Of a stretch of 64,000 nucleotides of DNA, positions 21,462 to 31,232 are shown one piece after another. Each line of letters opens with the position of its first letter. Within the stretch, counting starts at the first letter, position 1. The notes beneath the pieces are model-generated. The model searched no databases, was not told where the DNA came from, and saw nothing but the letters and a program-made list of their open reading frames with translations. The translations under genes and the position numbers were made by a program. The stretch comes from a bacterium (lineage in GTDB: Bacteria > Patescibacteriota > Microgenomatia > UBA1400 > UBA12108), in assembly GCA_021788365.1 (NCBI GenBank), contig JAJYKS010000002.1:32521-96520 (forward strand), in the 5' to 3' direction.

Positions 21462-21938
21462 ATGACTCGCATACTCGGTATAGACCCCGGCACGCACCGT
21501 GTAGGATGGGGCATCATTGAGGGCCCCCGACGCGATCCCGTCGTCGTCGCCTATGGCTGCCTAGAGTCGCCACCTCACACAGAAAAAGCTATGTACCTCC
21601 AAAAAATACGTCGCGAGCTTGGGAGTATCCTCGACACGTACCAACCGACAGCGGCCAGTTTAGAAACATTGCTATTCAAGAAAAACGCCAAAACAGCCAT
21701 TTCCGTCGCCGAAGCACGGGGAGTGATCATAGAGGTACTTGCCGCTCGTGGCCTAACACTAGAGGAATATGCCCCAAACACCATCAAAGCAACCGTTGCC
21801 GGGACGGGGAGAGCAGGTAAAAGTGAAGTCGAGCGCATGGTGAGTCTGCTACTTCGCCTAAATACGACTCACATCATAGACGACACAACCGATGCACTCG
21901 CCATAGCCTTGACTGCTCACGCGCGGCAGTCGGTATAA
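21462..21938 (+). CDS. ruvC: Holliday junction resolvase
   Basis: MTRILGIDPGTHRVGWGII and a C-terminal DDTTDALAIAL motif. Confidence 0.85.
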   Translation: MTRILGIDPGTHRVGWGIIEGPRRDPVVVAYGCLESPPHTEKAMYLQKIRRELGSILDTYQPTAASLETLLFKKNAKTAISVAEARGVIIEVLAARGLTLEEYAPNTIKATVAGTGRAGKSEVERMVSLLLRLNTTHIIDDTTDALAIALTAHARQSV

Positions 21939-21949
21939 TAGAGGCACGT

Positions 21950-22504
21950 ATGCTAGCGTATCTAAAAGGTCACATTCTCACTCACACCAAAGACGGTGCC
22001 ATTGTCGCAACCGGCGCCACGGGACACGAGGTAATCGGTGCGTGGCTCGGCCGCAAAAGCGTGGGAGACGAAGTAGTGGTGTGGACCTATGAGTACCTTG
22101 AGAATCAGAGCATACCTCGCTTGGTAGGCTGCCAATCTGCCGAGGGGCGTGCGCTACTTATCGAGCTCTTGGGTGTAAATGGTGTCGGCCCAAAAATGGC
22201 TGGTCGTATATTGGATGCCGGATCGGCCGCACAAATAAAACAAGCGATAACCTCTGGAGATCTCGCCTTTCTGGGGAGTGTCAAAGGTCTCGGTAAAAAA
22301 ACTGCACAAAAAATTGTGCTTGAACTAGGAAAAATACTAGTAGACGCGACAACCACCGCCAATGCGTTCCTGTACGACGCACTTGGCGAGCTCAAGTTTA
22401 CCCGAGCCGAAATCGATAGAGTGCTGGCAACGATAAATATAACCGACTTATCCGAAAGTGAAGCGCTCGCAAAAGTCCTGCAGGCCTTGGGAAGGCGCAC
22501 ATGA
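21950..22504 (+). CDS. ruvA: Holliday junction branch migration protein RuvA
   Basis: Position between ruvC and ruvB; HhH region (LIELLGVNGVGPKMAGRIL). Confidence 0.8.
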   Translation: MLAYLKGHILTHTKDGAIVATGATGHEVIGAWLGRKSVGDEVVVWTYEYLENQSIPRLVGCQSAEGRALLIELLGVNGVGPKMAGRILDAGSAAQIKQAITSGDLAFLGSVKGLGKKTAQKIVLELGKILVDATTTANAFLYDALGELKFTRAEIDRVLATINITDLSESEALAKVLQALGRRT

Positions 22505-23499
22505 CCCCCACCGTAGTCCTCGCACCACACGTTACTCCGGAAGAGATAAAAGCCGAGGAAACGCTTCGCCCACACTCGCTTGCAGACTTTATCGGACAAC
22601 CACGGCTCAAGAAATCGCTAACGCTCGCCCTAGGGGCTGCCGGTAAGCGGCGCGAACCCGTTGACCACATTTTGCTCTACGGCCCCCCTGGCCTTGGCAA
22701 AACAACACTCGCACACATAGTTGCAACCGAGCAGGGAGGAGCTATCCACGTAACAACCGGTCCTGCAGTCTCTCGTGCTGGTGATCTCGCCGCGCTTCTC
22801 ACCAACCTTGAAGAGGGGGACGTACTTTTTGTCGACGAGATACATCGACTACCAAAAACGGTGGAAGAGACGTTGTACTCGGGCATGGAAGATGGTCGTC
22901 TCGACCTTATTTTGGGAAAAGGCCCGGCCGCTCGCACGGTGAGTGTGGAGCTTAAACCATTTACGCTGATAGGCGCGACGACGAGATACGGCGCGCTATC
23001 CGGCCCCTTGCGAAGCCGTTTCGGCATCATCGGAAAACTCGAGTACTATGCGCCAGACGACCTAGAGCGCGTCATCGCACGCTCTGCCGCTATCCTTGGC
23101 ATTCAAGTAGAAGCCGCTGGTGTGCGCGAGCTCGCCGTTCGCTCACGTGGAACACCACGTATAGCCAACCGACTTCTACGCCGCGCACGCGATACCGCCG
23201 AACTGCACCACCAAGGTCTGCTCACCAGCGCGGCCGTTCGTGAAACAGTCGAATTACTGGAAATTGACAGCTTAGGTCTCGATGCCGCGGACCGCGACCT
23301 GCTGCGACTCATTATTAAGAACCACCGGGGCGGCCCCGTTGGAGTGAGCACATTGGCAAGCGCACTATCCGAAGACACCGGCACTATAGAAGAGGTATAC
23401 GAGCCATTCCTCATGCAACTCGGCCTCCTCGCCCGTACACCGCAAGGACGTATTGTCACCGACAAAGCGTACGACCACCTGGGATTAAAAAAAGAATGA
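22501..23499 (+). CDS. ruvB: Holliday junction helicase RuvB
   Basis: LLYGPPGLGKTTLA Walker A, DEIHRL Walker B, sensor motifs. Confidence 0.93.
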   Translation: MTPTVVLAPHVTPEEIKAEETLRPHSLADFIGQPRLKKSLTLALGAAGKRREPVDHILLYGPPGLGKTTLAHIVATEQGGAIHVTTGPAVSRAGDLAALLTNLEEGDVLFVDEIHRLPKTVEETLYSGMEDGRLDLILGKGPAARTVSVELKPFTLIGATTRYGALSGPLRSRFGIIGKLEYYAPDDLERVIARSAAILGIQVEAAGVRELAVRSRGTPRIANRLLRRARDTAELHHQGLLTSAAVRETVELLEIDSLGLDAADRDLLRLIIKNHRGGPVGVSTLASALSEDTGTIEEVYEPFLMQLGLLARTPQGRIVTDKAYDHLGLKKE

Positions 23500-24968
23500 A
23501 ACTTCTCGCCATACTCCTAGCATCGAGCATCTATTTTTTTACCGCGTCCTCCGCCCTTGCTTTTTACGACCCTCGAAGCGTGCCAAATAATAAGGTAGGG
23601 GTCCATATCCTCGCCCCCTCAGAAGTTGAGAAAGCCGCGAGCCTCGTAAACACGAACAGTGGGGACTGGGGCTATGTCACCATACCCATCCAGCCATCCG
23701 ACCGCGACAAAGTAAAATGGCAAAAGTTTATGGACGATTGCCGTAGGCTGCACCTCATACCCATTGTACGTATTACTACCATTCCACAGGGTGGCACCTG
23801 GGCACAAGGAGAAGATACTGACCTAGTCGACTTTGCCAATTTTCTAAGTAGTCTCTCCTGGCCGGTAGAAAACCGCTACATTGTCCTATTTAACGAGGTA
23901 AATAGCGCAGCGGAATGGGGCGGCACGGTCGACCCAAGTACCTATACAGCGATCGTCGAAAATGCCGCAAAGATTTTCAAGGAGCGAAACAAAGATTTTT
24001 TTCTCCTCGGTCCCGCGCTCGATGATGCCTTGCCCAATTCTACCTCATCCATGTCTGCAGCCCGCTATTTGCAGGAAATGTCGGTTGCTGATCCCTATGT
24101 ATGGACGTATTTCGACGGTTGGGCCTCGCACGCGTATCCCAATCCAGGCTTTGCCGCACCCCCACGCATTGGTGCGTACCCCGGAGTTACCTCATACAAA
24201 ACCGAAATGGCAAGACTAAACCTGGCCGACAAACCCATTTTTATCACAGAAACCGGGTGGGACCAAACCGCCGTCACCGGTACGCGACTCGCCTCGTATT
24301 GGGCAAGCGCATGGAAAATCTGGAACAACGACAAAAACGTTGTCGCCGTAACGCCGTTTGTGTTATCTGGCGGTGACCAATTCTCCAAGTTGTCACTCGT
24401 TAAAACAGACGGCTCGTGGAGCGAGTCAGGGAACGACATCCTCGGTCTCGCAAAGTCAGCAGGCTCGCCGCATATAAATACGGCCCCCGCTCCAACGCCA
24501 CTAACCGCCAACACCGAAGTACAAAATAGCTGGATAACACCGTTCTTTAAGGCCTCACGTGCACTCCTGAAAGTAGAAAACATTTTTCGCTTCCTCTTTG
24601 GATTGCCCGAAGTCCAAACGATATCGCTTGCAGGTAACACCATATCTGTTGAAGTCGCCACAACGCCGAGCCAGTGGGAGCAAGGGCTCTCAGATCGCAC
24701 CTCCCTTGCGGCAGACGCCGGCATGCTCTTTCGTTTCCCCTACGAGCACATACCACTTTTCTGGATGAAAAACATGCACTTCCCACTCGATATGGTCTGG
24801 ATAGACAACGACGTTGTCGTCGATATTACCCCAAACGTACCAGTCTCGACAAACGCGGATCTCCCCACGTACTCGCCGCATACTCCGGTAAACACCGTAC
24901 TTGAAGTAAACGCCGGCTACGCCGCCGCCCACAAGATTACAATTGGCACGAAACTTATCGCCAACTAG
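23496..24968 (+). CDS. Secreted protein: N-terminal glycoside-hydrolase-like region fused to C-terminal DUF192-like domain
   Basis: Signal peptide; C-terminal 'FPLDMVWIDNDVVVDI' resembles DUF192; N-terminal assignment is weak. Confidence 0.4.
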   Translation: MKLLAILLASSIYFFTASSALAFYDPRSVPNNKVGVHILAPSEVEKAASLVNTNSGDWGYVTIPIQPSDRDKVKWQKFMDDCRRLHLIPIVRITTIPQGGTWAQGEDTDLVDFANFLSSLSWPVENRYIVLFNEVNSAAEWGGTVDPSTYTAIVENAAKIFKERNKDFFLLGPALDDALPNSTSSMSAARYLQEMSVADPYVWTYFDGWASHAYPNPGFAAPPRIGAYPGVTSYKTEMARLNLADKPIFITETGWDQTAVTGTRLASYWASAWKIWNNDKNVVAVTPFVLSGGDQFSKLSLVKTDGSWSESGNDILGLAKSAGSPHINTAPAPTPLTANTEVQNSWITPFFKASRALLKVENIFRFLFGLPEVQTISLAGNTISVEVATTPSQWEQGLSDRTSLAADAGMLFRFPYEHIPLFWMKNMHFPLDMVWIDNDVVVDITPNVPVSTNADLPTYSPHTPVNTVLEVNAGYAAAHKITIGTKLIAN

Positions 24969-24981
24969 AGATGCAAGCTAT

Positions 24982-25665
24982 ATGACTATATACCTCTTCC
25001 ATGGCGACAACACCAGAGACTCCCGCAACGCGTTCACCGACGCGCTTTCCAAAGAGCGAGAGCGCGGCGTCGAAGTACGACACCTCGCAGGCGATAAGTT
25101 GGCCGCCAAAGACCTGGAAAGTACTCTTGCAACCGAGAATCTTTTCTCGTCGGAAAGTGTGGCAATCGAAGGACTGCTATCACGTATAAAGTCAAAGGAA
25201 AAAGATCGTTGCCTAGGTATACTAAATGGTTACACCGGAGCAAAGAATATCTTTTTGTGGGAGGGGAAACTCATACCCAAAACCGGAGTGCCGCATGAAG
25301 CCAAGGTTTCTCTATCCAAAGCTCCGTCCCTGCTTTTTACCTTCCTCGATACGCTCATTCCAGCTAATACCAATCGCGCTCTGACGCTCCTCCACGAGCT
25401 GGAACCGATCACCAATGACCTTCTCGTCTTTACCCTTGCAGCTCGAACGGTAGCTAACCTCCTGCTCGCCAAATCGGGGAAGTCGGTCAAACTTGCTCCC
25501 TGGCAACTTGCAAAATTAAGAGGACAGGCAGGGAAATGGGACGAAGCAAAATTGCTTGATTTTCACGACAAACTACTTGCCATCGACTTCGCCGTAAAAA
25601 CAGGTACAACCAAGCTATCCTACTATGACCACCTTGACATCTTGTTACTCGATGTACTAGGCTAA
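24982..25665 (+). CDS. Possible DNA polymerase III delta subunit (HolA-like, short)
   Basis: 'IYLFHGDNTRDSRNAFTDALS...ENLFSSESV' resembles the HolA N-terminus; only 227 aa. Confidence 0.4.
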   Translation: MTIYLFHGDNTRDSRNAFTDALSKERERGVEVRHLAGDKLAAKDLESTLATENLFSSESVAIEGLLSRIKSKEKDRCLGILNGYTGAKNIFLWEGKLIPKTGVPHEAKVSLSKAPSLLFTFLDTLIPANTNRALTLLHELEPITNDLLVFTLAARTVANLLLAKSGKSVKLAPWQLAKLRGQAGKWDEAKLLDFHDKLLAIDFAVKTGTTKLSYYDHLDILLLDVLG

Positions 25666-25671
25666 ATCCCT

Positions 25672-27891
25672 ATGCGCTTTACAAAGCCAGTTCCAAAAAA
25701 TGATTTAGAACGAGCGTTGCTCAGCTCTGTCGAAAATGACACTCCCGAACAAATCAAACGCTCGCCACTCATCGACCTAAACAATAGCGAAGCATTCACC
25801 TTCACCCTGAAGCAAGAGCATCTAGAAAAATTCGATTTGAGTAAGGACGCACTCGGAATAGATGATTGGTTTATCAATTACGAAAAGGAAGCAAAAGTTA
25901 GTACCGCGGGAATACGAGGATTACAAAATCCACTGTATCCATGGGATACACGCTATCCACTGAATCTTGTTGGCGTCATGCTAGCGACCATGGGGAAAAT
26001 CCTCGTCGCAAAGGATATTCCAGGTGATAAAGCAAAAATTTCGGCCAGCGAAGTTCGCTACAACTCCGCACAATATGTTGAACTCATTGCACGCCTGCAG
26101 GCAGCGTATGGGATCAAGACATATGTCACCAAAGACTACATGCCCATTCCCATATTTCTCATATCGTTTCTCATCTTTATGTACGACCTCTATGGTGGTG
26201 AATACGTGACGAGTAGTCACGCCATCAGCAAAAAAATTGCGACAAAAGACCTCAACACCCAAGGCAGTCAATACATTCCCGACGAATCGATGCTTTTTGT
26301 TGAAAAAGTCCGTCAAATACTTAAAGAAGTGCGAGAAAAAGGTGAGTATACTATCAACTTTGCTTCCACCACAGATGCAAATATAGATACAACGTTTCTT
26401 AACTCGATAAAAAATGGCACCGACCTCTATGTAAAGTACCTTCGTGACGGTGTCGCGACAGAGACCAATCTAAACAATATTCTCGAGGCAAAACGAAAGA
26501 TATTGGTTGAATGCATGGGTGGGAGCATGTACCAAACTCTCCAACCAGTGCTGAGAGGTCTCGGAATTGGCGATCACTTCGATTTTCTACACAGAGAGAC
26601 AGACCCATTCTTTCACGCTATAGGGAAAGTAATTGACCAAAACAACAAATTTTTCGACTGGAGCTGCGACACAACCATCATGAAGGCAGACACAAAAACA
26701 AAGACTATACGGGTTCCCGTGGTGGATACCGCACATTACGCCGAGCTATTAAAAGACTACCCACTTGGCACCGTGCTGCTCATGACCGACCCGGATGCGG
26801 ATAGGCTGGTAACGGCATACATCGACAGTACCGCAAACAAAGAAAAGCTTGAAAAGCTGGGACTTGTTTTTGGCGAGCTCGATCCTGGTCGCATACTTGT
26901 CATATTTACACCAAATCAGTCATTTCTCCTAACAATAGATTTCCAATATCGAGCATTAAAAGAGGCAGGCCTCTGGGAGAAATACGACTGGCTACTTATG
27001 AAAACGACAGCCTCTCAGCGTAGTTGGGACGAATGGGCAGCAGCACACAAGATACCGGTAAACAACACACCAGTTGGGTTCAAGGAGCTCGCAGATTCCA
27101 TGCAACAGGTGGAGCGCAAGATGCACGACAATCCTGACCAAGATGTCTACCTAAAAGATGTGTTCGGTGAAAACCACAATCTTGGGAGGAATCCCCGGCT
27201 ACTCTTTGCGGGAGAAGAAAGTGGCGGCGAGATATTTGGACCTGCAGAACTTATTTCCAGTCTTGGTGGCCGCACGGCCATCTCGATGCGAGAAAAAAGC
27301 GCAGGTGAGGCGGTGGTTATAACCGCTGCCATGTCCGCTTGGCTCGAATCGCAGAATCTGACCATGACAGATTACTTAGTAAAAGTATTCGACGAAAACA
27401 ACATTACCTCCCGCTACGAGATTCGTATAGACCAAAAATACTACAACGAAAGTGAACCCGATATTGCGACACTACTAAAAGCCAAGAAAAAAGGCATGGA
27501 GGTAAAAAGTAAGAATAACTCCTACTTTCTCTCTCTCGCCATAGGATATCGTGACAACCTGATTACGCTCAAGCAAGTAAAAGAAATCCTCACAGAGTGT
27601 TTTCCCGAGCTTAGCTTCGATGACCTGCGGGATACAAAATTTGTCGGTGACGGAACTTATTTCCTCTTTGCGGACAAATGTTTGGAAGTGCGACCGTCAG
27701 GAACGGACGCCGTCAACAAAGCCTACAGCTATGGCCGAGACCAATGGGAATGTATTACATACGCCCAGGCATTCTCAGCCTACGAAGGAGATCGTACACC
27801 GCTCCACAAACAATATATCCACGACGACTTCTACAAAGACATCGAAAATTACGCATTCCGTCTCTACACCGAATACAAGCAAAACCAGTAA
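25672..27891 (+). CDS. Large alpha-D-phosphohexomutase superfamily protein (739 aa)
   Basis: 'STAGIRG' (substrate-loop-like), 'DPDADR' (metal loop) and 'GEESGGEIFG' (sugar loop) are seen. The usual TASHNP active-site loop is replaced by 'VTSSHAISKK'. Confidence 0.55.
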   Translation: MRFTKPVPKNDLERALLSSVENDTPEQIKRSPLIDLNNSEAFTFTLKQEHLEKFDLSKDALGIDDWFINYEKEAKVSTAGIRGLQNPLYPWDTRYPLNLVGVMLATMGKILVAKDIPGDKAKISASEVRYNSAQYVELIARLQAAYGIKTYVTKDYMPIPIFLISFLIFMYDLYGGEYVTSSHAISKKIATKDLNTQGSQYIPDESMLFVEKVRQILKEVREKGEYTINFASTTDANIDTTFLNSIKNGTDLYVKYLRDGVATETNLNNILEAKRKILVECMGGSMYQTLQPVLRGLGIGDHFDFLHRETDPFFHAIGKVIDQNNKFFDWSCDTTIMKADTKTKTIRVPVVDTAHYAELLKDYPLGTVLLMTDPDADRLVTAYIDSTANKEKLEKLGLVFGELDPGRILVIFTPNQSFLLTIDFQYRALKEAGLWEKYDWLLMKTTASQRSWDEWAAAHKIPVNNTPVGFKELADSMQQVERKMHDNPDQDVYLKDVFGENHNLGRNPRLLFAGEESGGEIFGPAELISSLGGRTAISMREKSAGEAVVITAAMSAWLESQNLTMTDYLVKVFDENNITSRYEIRIDQKYYNESEPDIATLLKAKKKGMEVKSKNNSYFLSLAIGYRDNLITLKQVKEILTECFPELSFDDLRDTKFVGDGTYFLFADKCLEVRPSGTDAVNKAYSYGRDQWECITYAQAFSAYEGDRTPLHKQYIHDDFYKDIENYAFRLYTEYKQNQ

Positions 27892-27908
27892 AGGATAGAA
27901 AGGGATAC

Positions 27909-29264
27909 ATGTCGGATAGTCAGCTTTTTGGGTCTAGTGGCATTAGAGGCGATGCCGCATCTTTTTTTACGAATCAACTCTGTTTTGATCTAGGGAGATC
28001 TTTCGCGCTGTTTCTAAAAAAACACAATCTCCATGGGGCAGTCGCAGTTGGTATGGACCCACGTGAGTCCAGCCCACGTATTAAATCAGCATTTATCCAA
28101 GGCGTGCTTGCTGAGAAATTTTCCGTACTAGATGAAGGCATCATTCCAATCCCAGCCGTAAATTGGGTTTTAAGAGCAGATAAAGATATAGTCGGAAGCA
28201 TTATGGTAACAGGGAGCCACATTAAGGCGCATTTGAATGGGCTTAAATTCTTCGCTTTTGATGATGAAATTCTTAAAGAGCATGAACGAGAAATCCAAAC
28301 GATATACAACCAGCAAAAAAATTTATTTTCATATAAAGAAGCCCCTAGCAACAAAGCTAATCTCATCGCAGCTGGTAATCACAGCAAGGATTACATATCT
28401 TATATATTGGCTAAAGCGGAACCAACAAACCGTCAACTCAAAATAGTGGTTGATGCCGGGAACGGCGCACAGTCGATAATTGCGCCAGAGATTCTTCGAA
28501 AACTTGGTCACAATGTAATAACAATGTATACAAACACCAATGATACTCTGCTATCCAGAGATACTGAGGTAAGTGGTGACTTTATTGAATTGCAAAAGCG
28601 AGTTAAGGCGGAAAAGGCAGATCTTGGAATCGGGTTTGATTCAGACGGAGATCGCATTATATTTATAGACGAAAATGCAGAATTTATTCCAGGCGACTAC
28701 TCTGGTGCACTTATTGCGAAACACTATGACACAGACTCGATAGTAACTCCCATAAATACATCACAGGTTGTGGACCACCTCGGTAAACCTGTATATCGTA
28801 CAAAAGTAGGCTCACCATACGTCGTTGGAAAAATGAAAGAAGTTAAAGCAAGATTTGGCTTTGAAGCAAACGGAGGGGGGATTTTCTCAGATATGTACAG
28901 TCGAGACGGTGGGAGGTCCATGATCGAATTTTTAGACCTCCTACAACTAAAAAACAAAACAGCTTCAGAATTGATGCATGAGCTGCCCAGATTTTATATT
29001 GAACGTGACAAAATTGATTACGATCCAGAAAAAAAAGCAGAGATCATCAAAAAGGCCAAGGAACAATTTTCTGGTAGTAAGTTTGAAGAATTAGATGGGT
29101 TAAAAATATGGGTAAACTCTACAACATGGATTCTCTTCCGTTCGTCTGCAAACGCTCCTGAGTTCCGAATTTTTACCGAAAGCGACAAGGAGGACGTGGC
29201 GAAGGAACTGCTCAAACGTGGCATGGAACTCATCACAAAATATAAAATAGCAGAGACGGTGTAA
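27909..29264 (+). CDS. Phosphomannomutase/phosphoglucomutase family protein (archaeal-type PMM/PGM-like)
   Basis: FGSSGIRG, GFDSDGDR and FEANGGG motifs; the active-site loop is 'VTGSHIKAHLNGLKF'. Start taken at 27909; the 27678 ATG overlaps the upstream gene. Confidence 0.75.
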   Translation: MSDSQLFGSSGIRGDAASFFTNQLCFDLGRSFALFLKKHNLHGAVAVGMDPRESSPRIKSAFIQGVLAEKFSVLDEGIIPIPAVNWVLRADKDIVGSIMVTGSHIKAHLNGLKFFAFDDEILKEHEREIQTIYNQQKNLFSYKEAPSNKANLIAAGNHSKDYISYILAKAEPTNRQLKIVVDAGNGAQSIIAPEILRKLGHNVITMYTNTNDTLLSRDTEVSGDFIELQKRVKAEKADLGIGFDSDGDRIIFIDENAEFIPGDYSGALIAKHYDTDSIVTPINTSQVVDHLGKPVYRTKVGSPYVVGKMKEVKARFGFEANGGGIFSDMYSRDGGRSMIEFLDLLQLKNKTASELMHELPRFYIERDKIDYDPEKKAEIIKKAKEQFSGSKFEELDGLKIWVNSTTWILFRSSANAPEFRIFTESDKEDVAKELLKRGMELITKYKIAETV

Positions 29265-29295
29265 ATTTTTACTAAAATGAATGGTAATATAAGGT

Positions 29296-30366
29296 ATGAC
29301 TTCCATCCTCGACTCACGTGAAGAAATAAAAAAGCTCGATACGAGTAACGTCCTGGGCAGCGTCGAGTCGCTCCCAGACCAGATCGCGGACGCGTGGACC
29401 AAAGCCTCCGAACTTACCTTCCCCGACACCTACCCACTTGCCAAAAATGTGGTTGTCGCTGGCATGGGTGGTTCAGCACTCGGCTCCTGGGTCATTAAAC
29501 GTCTATTCAAGGACGAGCTCACGCTGCCGTTCGAGGTCTACTCCCACTATGCGCTTCCCGGCTACGTCGACAAAGATTCGCTTGTACTCCTGTCAAGCTA
29601 CTCCGGGTCTACCGAAGAGACATTGGCAGCAGGGGAGCAGGCAGCACGTGTTGGGGCCAAAGTCGCCGTCATCGCGTCCGGGGGCGAACTAGAGCAGATG
29701 GCACTCAAACATGGGTGGCCCGCGTACATCATAGATCCGGTGCATAACCCATCCGGCCAGCCGCGCATGGCTATTGGCTACGCGATAGCCGGACAGCTCG
29801 CCATGTTTACCAAGATGGGCCTCATAAACGTTGCGCAAGATGATATCGACACCCTCGTCGATCGCCTCCGAGCGATGGTAAAACATTTGACGCCGGAAGC
29901 TGTGGAAAACAACACCGCTAAATACCTCGCATATCAGGCCTATGACAAACAAATTACTCTGACTGCAGCGGAGCATTTGGTCGGCGCAGCCCACGTGACC
30001 AACAACCAGCTCAACGAAAACGCCAAGGTACTGACAGCCGAGTGGCACCTCCCCGAGTTCAATCATCACTATCTAGAAGCACTCAAAAACCCGAGTAAGC
30101 TCAAAGAAGATATTATCTTTTTCCTCTACAATTCGTACCTCTACAACCCGCGAGTAACGCGCCGAGTAGAGCTCACAAAAACAGCCATTGAGAAGTCTGG
30201 GTTCCAAGCAGAAGTAATCCAGGCAACAGCATCTACCCCACTCGAACAAGTCTTTGAGATAATCACGCTTGGAGCGTTCTTCAACTTCTACCTGGCCATG
30301 CTCTACAAGCTAGACCCTGCCCCCATCCCGACAGTCGACTGGTTCAAGTCTGAGATGGCAAAATGA
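29296..30366 (+). CDS. Bifunctional phosphoglucose/phosphomannose isomerase (SIS-domain, archaeal type)
   Basis: VVVAGMGGSALG and LVLLSSYSGSTEETL SIS motifs. Confidence 0.7.
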   Translation: MTSILDSREEIKKLDTSNVLGSVESLPDQIADAWTKASELTFPDTYPLAKNVVVAGMGGSALGSWVIKRLFKDELTLPFEVYSHYALPGYVDKDSLVLLSSYSGSTEETLAAGEQAARVGAKVAVIASGGELEQMALKHGWPAYIIDPVHNPSGQPRMAIGYAIAGQLAMFTKMGLINVAQDDIDTLVDRLRAMVKHLTPEAVENNTAKYLAYQAYDKQITLTAAEHLVGAAHVTNNQLNENAKVLTAEWHLPEFNHHYLEALKNPSKLKEDIIFFLYNSYLYNPRVTRRVELTKTAIEKSGFQAEVIQATASTPLEQVFEIITLGAFFNFYLAMLYKLDPAPIPTVDWFKSEMAK

Positions 30367-31196
30367 AAGATTTACTTCTTTCGCTCGCGCACGACTGCTT
30401 TACCTACATGAATCCAGCACTCGCTAACCAGGCAGAATTCCAACAATCACTGGAGACCGTTATTAAAGTAAAAGCCGGTGATAATGTGCAATTTAGCTTC
30501 GATGTAAAACTCGACAAGCTGATAAAGGACAAATTATCTTCACATTCTATGCGTATTTTCTCCGAAGAATCCGGCTGGTTCTCAACAGTCGAAACCTATG
30601 ACTACATTTGTGTCTACGATCCCTTCTGCAATAGCTCGCTCGCTAGCCGCACGTTCCGCGAAGCTGCCATGGGCATTTCGGTATTTAAGGCTGATTATTC
30701 CTGGGTCGCTTCTCTCGTCCTCGATTACCAAACCGGCCTCGTTGGCCTTGCCGACGAGCAAGGATTCTCTACATATCTGGCTCAAAATGGTGCGTCAATT
30801 GCGCCAAAAAGCAAAACGGCAGCCTCAATCAATGACGCCTGGGTTGTCATGACCCTGGAAAACAGACAAGAGCGAATCGGTATGGCTACATATTTCCCGC
30901 TCTTGCAAAAAATCGGCAGACTCGTGGTAAGCAGTGGGCACATTTATTGGCTGAAACTTGCAACCGGCCAGATCGACGCCTACCTCGATCCCGTAGGGGG
31001 AGAAAAGCTCTACGAGATGTTTGCTGCCACACTGGTGCAAAAGGCGGGAGGGGTCGTAACCGACACAAAGGGAACTCCATTTGATGCGGGTGCGATGCTT
31101 AAACAGTTTATAGCTGATGGGGAGTATATCTATCATCCGGTGGCTGCCAGAACGAAATCTCTTCATCACGAGTTGTTGCAAGTTACCGCTCATTGA
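30363..31196 (+). CDS. Inositol monophosphatase/FBPase family protein
   Basis: 'IFSEESG' and a C-terminal 'AATLVQKAGGVVTD' (WDxAAG-like); the DPxDGT metal motif is atypical (DPFCNS). Confidence 0.5.
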   Translation: MKDLLLSLAHDCFTYMNPALANQAEFQQSLETVIKVKAGDNVQFSFDVKLDKLIKDKLSSHSMRIFSEESGWFSTVETYDYICVYDPFCNSSLASRTFREAAMGISVFKADYSWVASLVLDYQTGLVGLADEQGFSTYLAQNGASIAPKSKTAASINDAWVVMTLENRQERIGMATYFPLLQKIGRLVVSSGHIYWLKLATGQIDAYLDPVGGEKLYEMFAATLVQKAGGVVTDTKGTPFDAGAMLKQFIADGEYIYHPVAARTKSLHHELLQVTAH

Positions 31197-31232
31197 CTTT
31201 ACACATCCCCCCCAACCAGCTACTATGGATAT

